Assembly: GCA_964199315.1 (NCBI GenBank)
Contig: OZ116712.1
Location: forward strand, 18,972,001-19,036,000
Direction of reading: 5' to 3'
DNA length: 64,000 bases
Origin: Orbicella franksi
Taxonomy: Eukaryota
Under the pieces are notes generated by a model. It was not told where the DNA came from. It was given only the letters and a program-made list of their open reading frames with translations, and ran no database searches. Each line of letters starts with the position of its first letter. The first letter of the stretch is position 1. Below are positions 24,628-33,057 of the stretch, piece by piece. The position numbers and the translations under genes were made by a program.

Positions 24628-24741
24628 ATGAAGCTGGAAGTGAGTATACCATTGGCGAAGCTTACTTTGGAGGTGGACCTATTTGCGCTGACTGTGATTG
24701 GTATTGTGGTGATTGAAGTTTGTCACCATTTAAAGAAATAG
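24628..24741 (+). CDS. Small hydrophobic protein 1 (37 aa, MKLEV family)
   Basis: MKLEVSIPLAKLTLEVDLFALTVIGIVVIEVCHHLKK. Paralogous to the next ORF and downstream of a TATA box. Confidence 0.6.
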   Translation: MKLEVSIPLAKLTLEVDLFALTVIGIVVIEVCHHLKK

Positions 24742-24750
24742 GTGAGTTTG

Positions 24751-24909
24751 ATGAAGCTTGAAGTGACTTTGTCATTTGTGAAGATTACTTTGGAGTTGGA
24801 TTTGGAATTGCTGTTGCTGATTTTTGCGATTGTTTTCATCGGAGTGGTTTTGATTCATACAAGTGGAGTGAATTGCAAAAATGAATACCTTGAATCGATG
24901 CCGTCGTAA
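24751..24909 (+). CDS. Small hydrophobic protein 2 (52 aa, MKLEV family)
   Basis: MKLEVTLSFVKITLELDLELLLLIFAIVFIGVVLIHTSG..., with a single predicted TM helix. Confidence 0.6.
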   Translation: MKLEVTLSFVKITLELDLELLLLIFAIVFIGVVLIHTSGVNCKNEYLESMPS

Positions 24910-24910
24910 G

Positions 24911-25177
24911 ATGACTACTTTGACTCAGTGGGTGAATGAGTGGAAGGAGCGTGAGAAAGAAAATAGCGCGAGTTTGTTATACAATGACTTGCGTAATCTG
25001 TCTCGTTTCATTGGTGCGGTGCTACGTGACATTGACTGTTTGTTCTCGGAGGAGCAGTTAGGCTTTTTGAGGGAGATGCATTTGAAAGAGTTGCGAATGA
25101 ATGTGAACCGTGCTCTTAAAGGCTATAAACATTTGTTTTTTAGCTATGACCAGTCATTGGGATTATTTACCACCTGA
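24911..25177 (+). CDS. Hypothetical protein (88 aa)
   Basis: ATG 1 nt after the previous stop, tightly packed in the plus-strand block. Confidence 0.6.
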   Translation: MTTLTQWVNEWKEREKENSASLLYNDLRNLSRFIGAVLRDIDCLFSEEQLGFLREMHLKELRMNVNRALKGYKHLFFSYDQSLGLFTT

Positions 25178-25478
25178 AATTCAAACGTACATTATTGATT
25201 TGAAGCTGCGACAGGAGCGATTGGATGTCTTGACGTCAGCACGAAAGGGATTGTGCGAAGAAATGAAATTGTACCATTATTTGAAAGAGAAGTGGAGAAT
25301 AGGTCATTTGAGATGTGAGGCTCACTATTGTCGTTTATGTAAGGCTTTTCATTCGAGAGTGTACGGACAATTTCGCGAATATAGGGTGTTGTTAGGTTAC
25401 TCTTTGAAACAAGCGGCAAGTAACGTGACGTCAGCCAGACGTAAGATGTTGAATGAACCTGCTTTTGTTGTGTTGTAG
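25146..25478 (+). CDS. F-box-like paralogue 1 (110 aa)
   Basis: MTSHWDYLPPEIQTYIIDLKLRQE. Clear paralogy with the next two ORFs. Confidence 0.75.
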   Translation: MTSHWDYLPPEIQTYIIDLKLRQERLDVLTSARKGLCEEMKLYHYLKEKWRIGHLRCEAHYCRLCKAFHSRVYGQFREYRVLLGYSLKQAASNVTSARRKMLNEPAFVVL

Positions 25479-25479
25479 A

Positions 25480-25839
25480 ATGACAAGTTATTGGGATTAT
25501 TTACCACCAGAAATTCAAGCGTACATTCTCGATTTGAGACTGCGACAGGAACGAATGGACAGCGTGTCGAACCAACAAAAAGAGTTGTGTGAAATGATTC
25601 GAATGTATCATCGCGTCAAACGTGATTGGGGTCTGGGTCACGTGCGATGTCAACCTTTTCGGTGTTTTATTTGTAATGAAGTGAATTGGTTGAACGCTAA
25701 GACTTTATCACTCACAGACTTTGTCTATCACGAAAAAGTGTATGGGTATTATAACGGTCGAACGGTCTTAATGGGTAATTGTTTGCAACAAGTGTACATG
25801 CAAGAAGTCAAACAAAATTTATCCCTCTTTTTTCCTTAG
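25480..25839 (+). CDS. F-box-like paralogue 2 (119 aa)
   Basis: MTSYWDYLPPEIQAYILDLRLRQE..LCE..W.LGHVRC..C..C. Confidence 0.75.
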   Translation: MTSYWDYLPPEIQAYILDLRLRQERMDSVSNQQKELCEMIRMYHRVKRDWGLGHVRCQPFRCFICNEVNWLNAKTLSLTDFVYHEKVYGYYNGRTVLMGNCLQQVYMQEVKQNLSLFFP

Positions 25840-25842
25840 ACA

Positions 25843-26208
25843 ATGGATATCAAGACCAAAGTGAAATTAAGTCAAGAAGTTGAAAGTTACTGGGATTTGT
25901 TACCCTGGCACATTGTCTCTAAAATTATGAACTTGAAAATCAGACAAGAGTATTTGGACGAGATTGAGAAAGAAAAAAGAAAGAAATTGTGTGAGGAGAT
26001 TAGGAAGTTTTATGAATTGAAAGTAAGATGGGCGATAGGCTCTGTTATGTGTAAACCTTCAATGATGACATGTGGATGCATGGATGCTAAATGGTATGGT
26101 AATTATGTGGATTTACAAGGTAAACGGAGAAGGGCCTTTTTGGCGTTTAATTTGAATCAGGCCTTTGAACGTTCTGATCATATCAAATCATTTTTATTTC
26201 ATAGTTGA
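25843..26208 (+). CDS. F-box-like paralogue 3 (121 aa)
   Basis: SYWDLLPWHIVSKIMNLKIRQE..LCEEI..W.IGSVMC. Confidence 0.72.
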   Translation: MDIKTKVKLSQEVESYWDLLPWHIVSKIMNLKIRQEYLDEIEKEKRKKLCEEIRKFYELKVRWAIGSVMCKPSMMTCGCMDAKWYGNYVDLQGKRRRAFLAFNLNQAFERSDHIKSFLFHS

Positions 26209-26304
26209 TAGTTGATAGGGCGTCTTCCCACCAGGGGAATGGACACATGTCCCACTTGTAAAAAAAGGTTAAAATGGTTATTAAAATGTTTTTTGCAGAA
26301 CAAA

Positions 26305-27087
26305 ATGGCTGCCTTTAATCCTGTGGATCATTCGATCCAATGTGTAGTGTGCTCCAGTTCTGAGATGAAAGACGGTGAAAAGCTCTTCATGTTGGAATGT
26401 TGCAAAGAGGGGGTGCATAACTCCTGTCTAGCGAGACCACCCAACGGAACGCACTTGGTGTGTCCCAAATGTCGCATTGAGACCTGTGCCCATAATCAAA
26501 TCGTACAGAAGGATCACTTCACGGAGAAGGACATGGATCTCGTGGATCTGTGTTTCCTGAAACATCAAGTGGTCTCGCGCATTCCCATGACCCAACAAGA
26601 GATCCATCAACTACGCGTGGCTAGTAACGTGCCCGGGTTGAACGCCCTACGCCACGTCAGTCATCGCGTCTTTTTGACGGGTCTGGTCTTTTGGGTGCCT
26701 CTGAAGAAAAGCGTGTTCTGCGAGTGGGAGGATGTGGCGGCTCGCTTGTCCCTGGGTCTGACCTACAACAACCTCTCTGAGATGCGTTCCCGCTACGATC
26801 TGCGCGTGGAGAGGGATCAGAAAGGGGATGCCTTTCACCACTTTTTGGATCACTTGCTGGAGTGTGCCATCCAGGATGAGAAAGTGGTCGGTCGGACTTG
26901 TCTGGTCAAGACCTGTCGCTGCCCCCTGTGCCCAGAGTGTCAAGGCTTTGCCTCTATCTTTGGGAAGGAGCGTACGTCCAACATAGTGGCCCTTGCCAAC
27001 CGCAGTTATTTTTACGAGCGCGTGGAGAAAGGGATCTACAATAATTTCAGGATGATTTATAATCGTGCTCATAAGAAGAAACCATAA
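26305..27087 (+). CDS. RING-finger protein (260 aa from ATG 26305; frame open from 26212)
   Basis: CVVC-x14-CCKEGVHNSC-x11-CPKC. AATAAA follows near 27125. Confidence 0.75.
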   Translation: MAAFNPVDHSIQCVVCSSSEMKDGEKLFMLECCKEGVHNSCLARPPNGTHLVCPKCRIETCAHNQIVQKDHFTEKDMDLVDLCFLKHQVVSRIPMTQQEIHQLRVASNVPGLNALRHVSHRVFLTGLVFWVPLKKSVFCEWEDVAARLSLGLTYNNLSEMRSRYDLRVERDQKGDAFHHFLDHLLECAIQDEKVVGRTCLVKTCRCPLCPECQGFASIFGKERTSNIVALANRSYFYERVEKGIYNNFRMIYNRAHKKKP

Positions 27088-27131
27088 GTCAAAACACATG
27101 TATCTTTTAATTTCAACATGATTCAATAAAG

Positions 27132-27488
27132 TTACAGTTTCAAACGTTTCTTGGCTTGCATGATGCGTTTCACCACCCTTTCCGTCATGGTCTTCCTACC
27201 GGGTAACCTGTCAATGGCCTTGATCATCTTGGTGTCAGCCTTCCACTTGTCCTGCAGATTCTTGGCACGACTGTAATCGATGTCGTGTTGTTTGGCGAGT
27301 CGGTCCAAACGATTGATGCCAGGATCTCCTCGGGCCAGTCGTTTTTTCAGTTTGGTGCCCGGTCCCATATACTGATAGCCTGGCCAATGAAATTCGATCC
27401 CCGTCTTGCCCAACAGTTTCTGAATGTCTAAACCGTAACCGCGTTGCTTTTTGCGAGTCCTGGTCCTGTTGGCTCTAGTTCTTGCCAT
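27132..27488 (-). CDS. Parvovirus-VP1-type phospholipase A2 domain protein (PLA2X-like, 118 aa)
   Basis: Ca-loop YQYMGPG, catalytic DRLAKQHDIDY, and a basic N-terminus with QRGYG. Confidence 0.88.
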   Translation of the reverse strand: MARTRANRTRTRKKQRGYGLDIQKLLGKTGIEFHWPGYQYMGPGTKLKKRLARGDPGINRLDRLAKQHDIDYSRAKNLQDKWKADTKMIKAIDRLPGRKTMTERVVKRIMQAKKRLKL

Positions 27489-28185
27489 AGCTGAGACGTC
27501 GTTTGCTGGGGTTTTTCCACTCTTCCCAAGGCTTCAGGCGTTCGGCCGCTGTGGGTTTGCGCTTCTTAGGTTTCTTGGCGACTTTCTTGGGACTGTAACC
27601 ACCCTCGTCGTCGTCGTCTTCAATTGATTTAGGATCCAGACCGATGCTCTTTAAAAAGCCTTTCTTGGCTCCGCTCAACACGCTTTTTTTCAAACCACCC
27701 GATTTAGGCTTCTTAGCGCTGGACGTGGGTCGCGGTATGCGACTCGGTCCAGCACTGGAGGCAGCCTTTTTCACAGTCTTGGGTGTTTCGGGTAAGAGTC
27801 GACGGGGTTTGATCCCAGACGGACCCGCGGGTGTGACTACTTCTTGCTTGATCCTGGCGGGGGTTTGACCTTTAATGACTTGTTTCAATAAGTTTTCCAA
27901 TGGAGAGTCCAGGGCTTCTTCATCCGGTGCTGGACCACCCACGCCAGCCTTCGGGACACCTCCCGTACGAATACGTTTGGTCAATCGAGTCTGTTCACGC
28001 GCCAAGGGTTTGACCATCTTGACGGCAATCCCGTCAGGAATGGTGGGATTCCCCAAGATCAATTGTTTTTCTGCGGCCAATCGCCCTGCTTTGTTCAACA
28101 GGGCGCTTTGTGAAATCTGTCCTTTGTAGTAATCTTGCAAACGTTCGAATTCACTGACCGGTACCATCATGACCTCTTCCGTCAT
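27475..28185 (-). CDS. Maverick hypothetical/virion protein (236 aa)
   Basis: Long ORF in the late block. MMVPVSEFERL N-terminus, Pro/Lys-rich C-terminus. Confidence 0.7.
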   Translation of the reverse strand: MTEEVMMVPVSEFERLQDYYKGQISQSALLNKAGRLAAEKQLILGNPTIPDGIAVKMVKPLAREQTRLTKRIRTGGVPKAGVGGPAPDEEALDSPLENLLKQVIKGQTPARIKQEVVTPAGPSGIKPRRLLPETPKTVKKAASSAGPSRIPRPTSSAKKPKSGGLKKSVLSGAKKGFLKSIGLDPKSIEDDDDEGGYSPKKVAKKPKKRKPTAAERLKPWEEWKNPSKRRLSYGKN

Positions 28186-28594
28186 ACTGCAACGCGGTTT
28201 CAAAACAGTCTTGCCAGTAACTTGCTTCTTGACGGGCTTTTTCCAATTTCAATTGCAGACTCTGGACGGTCTCGTTGGGTTTGGCACAGGTCTGGCAGGG
28301 AATGATCACGTCTTCCACGTCGTCTTGGACTCGTATGCAATCGTCACACCCGTGTCCGTATTTTAAAGCCAAATATTCCTGTTCGAGAGCTCTGTATTTT
28401 CGATGCTGACGCTCTTGAACGAGTTTGAGTTGTTCTTCCCTGCGATTGGCTTCTTGTAACAATCCAATGAGCTTGGTCATGTTGTCTTTGATCTCGGTTA
28501 GTTTTCGGTTCTCGCTCACGCGTTCAGGCACCACGTCGATGCCCTGCAAGGGGTAACCCTCAGCGTCTCGACCCGACATGTTCGTAACACTCAT
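28151..28594 (-). CDS. Coiled-coil protein with two CxxC pairs (147 aa)
   Basis: Heptad-like segments flank CDDC...CQTC. Confidence 0.65.
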   Translation of the reverse strand: MSVTNMSGRDAEGYPLQGIDVVPERVSENRKLTEIKDNMTKLIGLLQEANRREEQLKLVQERQHRKYRALEQEYLALKYGHGCDDCIRVQDDVEDVIIPCQTCAKPNETVQSLQLKLEKARQEASYWQDCFETALQYDGRGHDGTGQ

Positions 28595-28883
28595 TCAAAC
28601 CTCTCCAGAAGCCACTCCCTGTTTGAGCCAACAGATGTTGACGCCTCCTCTTCAGCGAATTTCTGCGCTTCCCCACTTCGCGCAACACGTTCTTATGGCG
28701 TTGAAGTTTTCGAAGCGTCTGAGGCTCGACGGGAATTCTCTTTTTCAACAGATTCAAGACCATTTCACTGACCGCGTTGATCTGGTCGGCGTTGGCATGT
28801 TCCAACATCTCTTGACGTTTGAAACGATTGGCTTCTTGGAGAATGCTGGTCAAGAACGGGCGTTGTCGCCGTAATCGATTCAT
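28560..28883 (-). CDS. Conserved Maverick basic core-type protein (107 aa)
   Basis: INAVSEMVLNLLKKRIPV..KL..HK..LR....QTGSGFW pattern recalled from Polinton small conserved proteins. ATGA overlap with the upstream ORF. Confidence 0.7.
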   Translation of the reverse strand: MNRLRRQRPFLTSILQEANRFKRQEMLEHANADQINAVSEMVLNLLKKRIPVEPQTLRKLQRHKNVLREVGKRRNSLKRRRQHLLAQTGSGFWRGLNECYEHVGSRR

Positions 28884-29176
28884 CGTCTCTTTCTGAGTCG
28901 GTAGGAAGGGGTAAAGTCTTTTATGCCCTGAATCGACTCCACCACTTTGACACCCGCGGGAACACGGAACGGGGTCTTGCGTTTTTTCTTGACGGGTTTG
29001 AGGGTAGATTGAAAGGGTATTTTCCGAATGGCTCGTTCCAACTTGGGTCTGTGCTTTTGAACCTGTTTGTCAAAAAGCTTGGTGAACCAGTTCGCCGCCC
29101 CGAACACTTTGTCTCCACCTCGTTGCAGTATCTTGGCTCGGGAGAGCCTGGACAGCTTACCTCGGCGTCTTGTCAT
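28880..29176 (-). CDS. Basic core-type protein (98 aa)
   Basis: Arg/Lys-rich, LQRGG motif. Confidence 0.65.
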   Translation of the reverse strand: MTRRRGKLSRLSRAKILQRGGDKVFGAANWFTKLFDKQVQKHRPKLERAIRKIPFQSTLKPVKKKRKTPFRVPAGVKVVESIQGIKDFTPSYRLRKRR

Positions 29177-29198
29177 GGTTTTTGAATGGGGGTTGGAG

Positions 29199-29540
29199 TC
29201 AAGACCCCGCTTTTATCATCTTAGCCAAGGGTGTCTTGACGGCTGGGATGCGTTTCAATAAACTCAAGAGGGTGGTTCTACGATTGAAACAGATGGGTTT
29301 TTTCTTGGCTTTCTTTCTACGAGTCTTGGTGAATTTGCTCACATCTCCAAACTTGTCTTCGTACCAATGCCTCTTTTTCATTCTTCTTTTCCTATCTTCT
29401 TTGGCTGAAAGGGTGGGAGCTCTCTTGCGTTTCCTGCGCGTGGTGACAGTGGTCGGTAATTCACCGGTGTCAAGGACAGCCATTGGAGCCGGTTGAAGAG
29501 CGACTCTTCTGGCGGGTACTGCTTGTTTTTTTCGGACCAT
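29199..29540 (-). CDS. Basic protein (113 aa)
   Basis: Arg/Lys-rich ORF in the late block. Confidence 0.55.
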   Translation of the reverse strand: MVRKKQAVPARRVALQPAPMAVLDTGELPTTVTTRRKRKRAPTLSAKEDRKRRMKKRHWYEDKFGDVSKFTKTRRKKAKKKPICFNRRTTLLSLLKRIPAVKTPLAKMIKAGS

Positions 29541-29647
29541 GTTGAAAGCACTCGGTTGAGGCGTTTTTTACCAGGTTTTCCGTAGCGTTTTTCCAAATCG
29601 GCTATGACGTTGTCCAAATAGCGATGCCCTCGAAACTGAAGATCCAT
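29378..29647 (-). CDS. Hypothetical protein (89 aa)
   Basis: ATG-initiated ORF that overlaps the next ORF by 163 nt, so one of the two may be partly spurious. Confidence 0.45.
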   Translation of the reverse strand: MDLQFRGHRYLDNVIADLEKRYGKPGKKRLNRVLSTWSEKNKQYPPEESLFNRLQWLSLTPVNYRPLSPRAGNARELPPFQPKKIGKEE

Positions 29648-29690
29648 GAGGTGTCATAGGTGTGGTGACGAATGACTTGGGGTTTTTCAC

Positions 29691-30077
29691 TCATCGCTTT
29701 TTATAGAGCCAAGGTTGTTTGCGATGACGATAGCTGCTTTGAGCCGCACCGGTCAAACCCATGCGTTGGTAATCCTTACGCTTTCCCAATTTGTACCCCA
29801 TTTTGGCTGCACTGGCAAAGATGTTGCCTCCGCCTTGTCGTTTCTTTCGCTTCTTCTTGGTGACGGCTTGCAAAGCTCGTTTGGCGCCGTAGCTGGCGGC
29901 ACCGGAAGCTGCCCCTAAACCCACGGCTTTACCCAGGGCAATGCCGGCCGGCACGAGCGCAGCCAAAGGTAGGACACCGCCCTTCTGTTTCTTCTTACGA
30001 CGTCGTCTTCTCATCATGAGCGCGAGCCCAGCGGTGGTGAGCATGGACGCAGGTAGGTTACCTCCCTTCTGTTTCAT
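29691..30077 (-). CDS. Adenovirus pX/mu-like basic core protein (128 aa)
   Basis: KQKGG twice, poly-Arg, and GGVLPLAALVPAGIALG resembling adenoviral pX GGFLPALIP. Confidence 0.65.
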   Translation of the reverse strand: MKQKGGNLPASMLTTAGLALMMRRRRRKKKQKGGVLPLAALVPAGIALGKAVGLGAASGAASYGAKRALQAVTKKKRKKRQGGGNIFASAAKMGYKLGKRKDYQRMGLTGAAQSSYRHRKQPWLYKKR

Positions 30078-30093
30078 GGTGAACAATGAACCC

Positions 30094-30627
30094 TCATGGA
30101 CTTGGATCGTCTAATTTATGCTCTTTTTGGTAAGGAATGTAACGAAATTTCAGGTCATACTGTTTGACGTAGGTGTCCTTGATGGGTTGGGTCAAATCCG
30201 TGATGGTGTCGTCTATGGTTTGCAATTTCACCAGGAAGCCTTCGAACTCGTCCAAGGGAAAGCCGCGCACGTAGGTTCTCAATTCGATCAAGGTCTTTTC
30301 ATGGGCAGTGAACGCAAAACGACTCATGTCCATCTTGATGGAAAAATTCTTGAAATCGTTCCAACCCTTGACCAAGGTCCCTAAAGCGGTCAAGATGGCC
30401 ACGATGACATGTTGTTCCCAAAGCACACCGATGATCATGCTCAAGGCCATCATGAGTAAAGCCAGTCCATTGAGAAAACAGAACCACGTTTTGAAATGAT
30501 AAAACATTTGTTTCCGATACCACCATTGTCGATGATAATATTTGTACAATCCATCCAATCGCGACAAGGATTCCTCTTCCACACTGTTTCTGTAAGCCCC
30601 GTTGAGTAAACTCACATCGATGGTCAT
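30094..30627 (-). CDS. Two-transmembrane-helix protein (177 aa)
   Basis: Hydrophobic hairpin FLNGLALLMMALSMIIGVLW / VIVAILTALGTLV flanked by charged helices. Confidence 0.75.
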   Translation of the reverse strand: MTIDVSLLNGAYRNSVEEESLSRLDGLYKYYHRQWWYRKQMFYHFKTWFCFLNGLALLMMALSMIIGVLWEQHVIVAILTALGTLVKGWNDFKNFSIKMDMSRFAFTAHEKTLIELRTYVRGFPLDEFEGFLVKLQTIDDTITDLTQPIKDTYVKQYDLKFRYIPYQKEHKLDDPSP

Positions 30628-30633
30628 GGTTAG

Positions 30634-31434
30634 TCAGTTCGAAACACTGCTCGAATTGCGGCTCACTTGGGGTCTTCCTCCGTCTTTGTAGGTGGTCGTG
30701 ATGGTGTTGGTGGTGGTGATACCGGCGATACGTCGTCCTCGAGCCGTTTGTTGCTGATCGTTCAACAACATTTGCAATTGACGTTGTAAACTGTCTTGAT
30801 CCATGCGTGATCTGGGGGTGGAAACAGCACTGCTTTCATCATCGTCATCATCGTCGTCGTCATCATCATCATCATCTCCACCACCACCGCCTCCAGCACC
30901 GCCTCTACCGCCTCTACCACCTCTACCACCTCTACCACCTCCACCACCTCTACCACCTCGACCCCGTCTGGGTTGCTTGCCACCACGTCCCCGTCTGGGT
31001 TGCTTGCCACCCCTGGTAGCCGGTCTCTTGAATCCAACAGTTCCCACGGTGAACGTACGAGCCAGATACCCCCGTCCAGGCGGTGTCGGAGCTCGTCCGG
31101 GTACGTCTCGACGCGTATCCAGACCCGAAGGCCCCGCTCGGGCTGGGGGAGGACTCGCCCCAACGCCTGCGACACTCCCTGTGGGGCGGGGACTACGTCG
31201 CGGCGTACTGCTAGCCACGGGTCCTGCGGTGCCTGCGCCAGCAGGGGGTGTATTCCGTAGGGGTGACCTAGTGGTCGTACCCACGCCCGGACTCAAACTT
31301 TGAATGTACTGACTCAAAAAGTCGTCGTTGTAAGCGTAGCTCAAGTCGATGTCCTCCAGCGGTGAAAGAGGGGAAGGTAAAGCTTGAGCGATGAGACTGG
31401 GCGAGGTGCCCACGCCAGCTGGAGAGGTGCTCAT
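30634..31434 (-). CDS. Low-complexity protein with RGG repeats and poly-Asp tract (266 aa)
   Basis: S/T/P-rich, (GGKQPRRGR)x2, GGRGG repeats, about 13 Asp. ATGA overlap with the upstream ORF. Confidence 0.7.
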   Translation of the reverse strand: MSTSPAGVGTSPSLIAQALPSPLSPLEDIDLSYAYNDDFLSQYIQSLSPGVGTTTRSPLRNTPPAGAGTAGPVASSTPRRSPRPTGSVAGVGASPPPARAGPSGLDTRRDVPGRAPTPPGRGYLARTFTVGTVGFKRPATRGGKQPRRGRGGKQPRRGRGGRGGGGGRGGRGGRGGRGGAGGGGGGDDDDDDDDDDDDDESSAVSTPRSRMDQDSLQRQLQMLLNDQQQTARGRRIAGITTTNTITTTYKDGGRPQVSRNSSSVSN

Positions 31435-31682
31435 TGTAGAAGGTCGGTGTATTTCTTTTCTCGAGCCACCAATCTTCGTGCCAACAACAGTTTGTATTGA
31501 ATGTGATCGGTCAAATTCTCTTGGTTATATGCGTTTAACACGGTTTGTACCTCGCGTGTACCGCTGCACTGCAAGATTTGTCTCATGGGTTCGCACTCGA
31601 CATTGCGCTCATGCATGTAGTCCAATTGATTTTTGCAAATCGCTAGGAATCGCGGGAACCACTCGACTTCACTGCGCAGCAT
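31431..31682 (-). CDS. Hypothetical protein (83 aa)
   Basis: ATG 2 nt after the ATPase stop. Its own stop overlaps the next ATG. Confidence 0.6.
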   Translation of the reverse strand: MLRSEVEWFPRFLAICKNQLDYMHERNVECEPMRQILQCSGTREVQTVLNAYNQENLTDHIQYKLLLARRLVAREKKYTDLLQ

Positions 31683-31684
31683 CT

Positions 31685-32332
31685 TCACTTCAACTGATGC
31701 ATTCGCATGCAGCCCTCTTCTTTTAGTAGATGACTGAGAATCCGCTCATCGTCGCGGCTTTTAGGGTGTAAATCCAACAAGAGATAGCCAAACGGACGGT
31801 CGGTGACCTTTCGAAAGGTCTCTTGCACATCCTGCCATCGCGACGGAAAGGCTTGCAACAATAAATTTCGCATCCCCAGTTGATCTCGAGGGTTCTTGAA
31901 TCCCACGATGTAATGGGCATTTCTAGAGATGCTCTTGGAAAATTTACCGGGTGGAAACATGTCTTGCGATAAATAGATCACTGTGATGTTGCGATGGTGG
32001 GAATCTTTGGTGAAGAGATCCAAGACCCGTTTGTCGTTCCCTCCTTCTTCCATCAAATCGTCCATCACCAGTAAGCCGCCCTTGGGAAACCAGATGGGTA
32101 AGAGATCCGAGTCGGGAATGCCGTGCTGGAATTTCACGCCATACGCTTTCAGGGGTTTGAATCCGTCTTGCCAGGAACCGTAACAGTAATAAATGCTATT
32201 GGGTGGGGTCTCGAACAGATCGAGATTGTCCATCAATAATTGGGTGGTGAACACCGTTTTCCCCGATCCCGACGGACCCACTACCATCATGCTGGAAGGC
32301 GTGTTGAATCGAAAGGCTTGACGTCGTTCCAT
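31685..32332 (-). CDS. A32/FtsK-family DNA packaging ATPase (215 aa; upstream in-frame ATG at 32374)
   Basis: Walker A GPSGSGKT, Walker B LLVMDD, SHHRNITVIYLSQ, SRNAHY. Confidence 0.95.
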   Translation of the reverse strand: MERRQAFRFNTPSSMMVVGPSGSGKTVFTTQLLMDNLDLFETPPNSIYYCYGSWQDGFKPLKAYGVKFQHGIPDSDLLPIWFPKGGLLVMDDLMEEGGNDKRVLDLFTKDSHHRNITVIYLSQDMFPPGKFSKSISRNAHYIVGFKNPRDQLGMRNLLLQAFPSRWQDVQETFRKVTDRPFGYLLLDLHPKSRDDERILSHLLKEEGCMRMHQLK

Positions 32333-32490
32333 GGTTGAGTCCCATATGGATGAGACAAAAGGAGTGCGTTTCATATATAAACCGCATGGGTCCCTTATGG
32401 AAAAGCGTGAGGTCCGGATAGACAGGTTTATCTGTCCTGGGCGCGGGAGTTAACACGCACTTGTCTTGACACTTGACTTCACATTTTTTA

Positions 32491-33057
32491 TTACAATAAA
32501 TGTCTTACACCGCAACGAGATGTACACGTGTCTTGCTCGTAATCACATCGGCAGACTTGCTCCCAATTTAACTCTTTATGTATCAATTTTTTTAACATTT
32601 GTCCCACTTTATGATCGTTTTGTACGTAATCGTGTGGACTGAAACGACGTAGAAACGTGTTCATGTCATGTCCTTTGGATCGATCGATCAAAAACATCAA
32701 CGCGTAATCGCCGCAACTCTGACTGTACAGCGATTGCAAACTCTTGCCGTTGTGGACATTGAACTTCCAATGGTGATCCAACCACCTCTGTAAAGGTTCC
32801 GTGGTCAGGTAGGTGTCCAAGGGTAGTGCGTAACTGTCCATGATCTCGCAAACGTTATTACACGTCCATAGCGCAATCCAATGCCGACCCGGTTGGCCTT
32901 GAGGGTCCGTGTTGACAATGTAACCCACGGGTCCTTTCTTCTGGGGTTTCTCGGGTAAACGATCGCAAGGCACCGTACCGTAAAAATAGGGTTTCAAACT
33001 GGGTTGACTCCTAGCCAACACGTCCAACTGCACATTGTTCAAACTGACTTTTTCCAT
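32491..33057 (-). CDS. Adenain-like (C5) cysteine maturation protease (188 aa)
   Basis: NTDPQGQPGRHW (His), MDSYA (Asp), LQSLYSQSCG (oxyanion Gln, catalytic Cys). Confidence 0.95.
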   Translation of the reverse strand: MEKVSLNNVQLDVLARSQPSLKPYFYGTVPCDRLPEKPQKKGPVGYIVNTDPQGQPGRHWIALWTCNNVCEIMDSYALPLDTYLTTEPLQRWLDHHWKFNVHNGKSLQSLYSQSCGDYALMFLIDRSKGHDMNTFLRRFSPHDYVQNDHKVGQMLKKLIHKELNWEQVCRCDYEQDTCTSRCGVRHLL

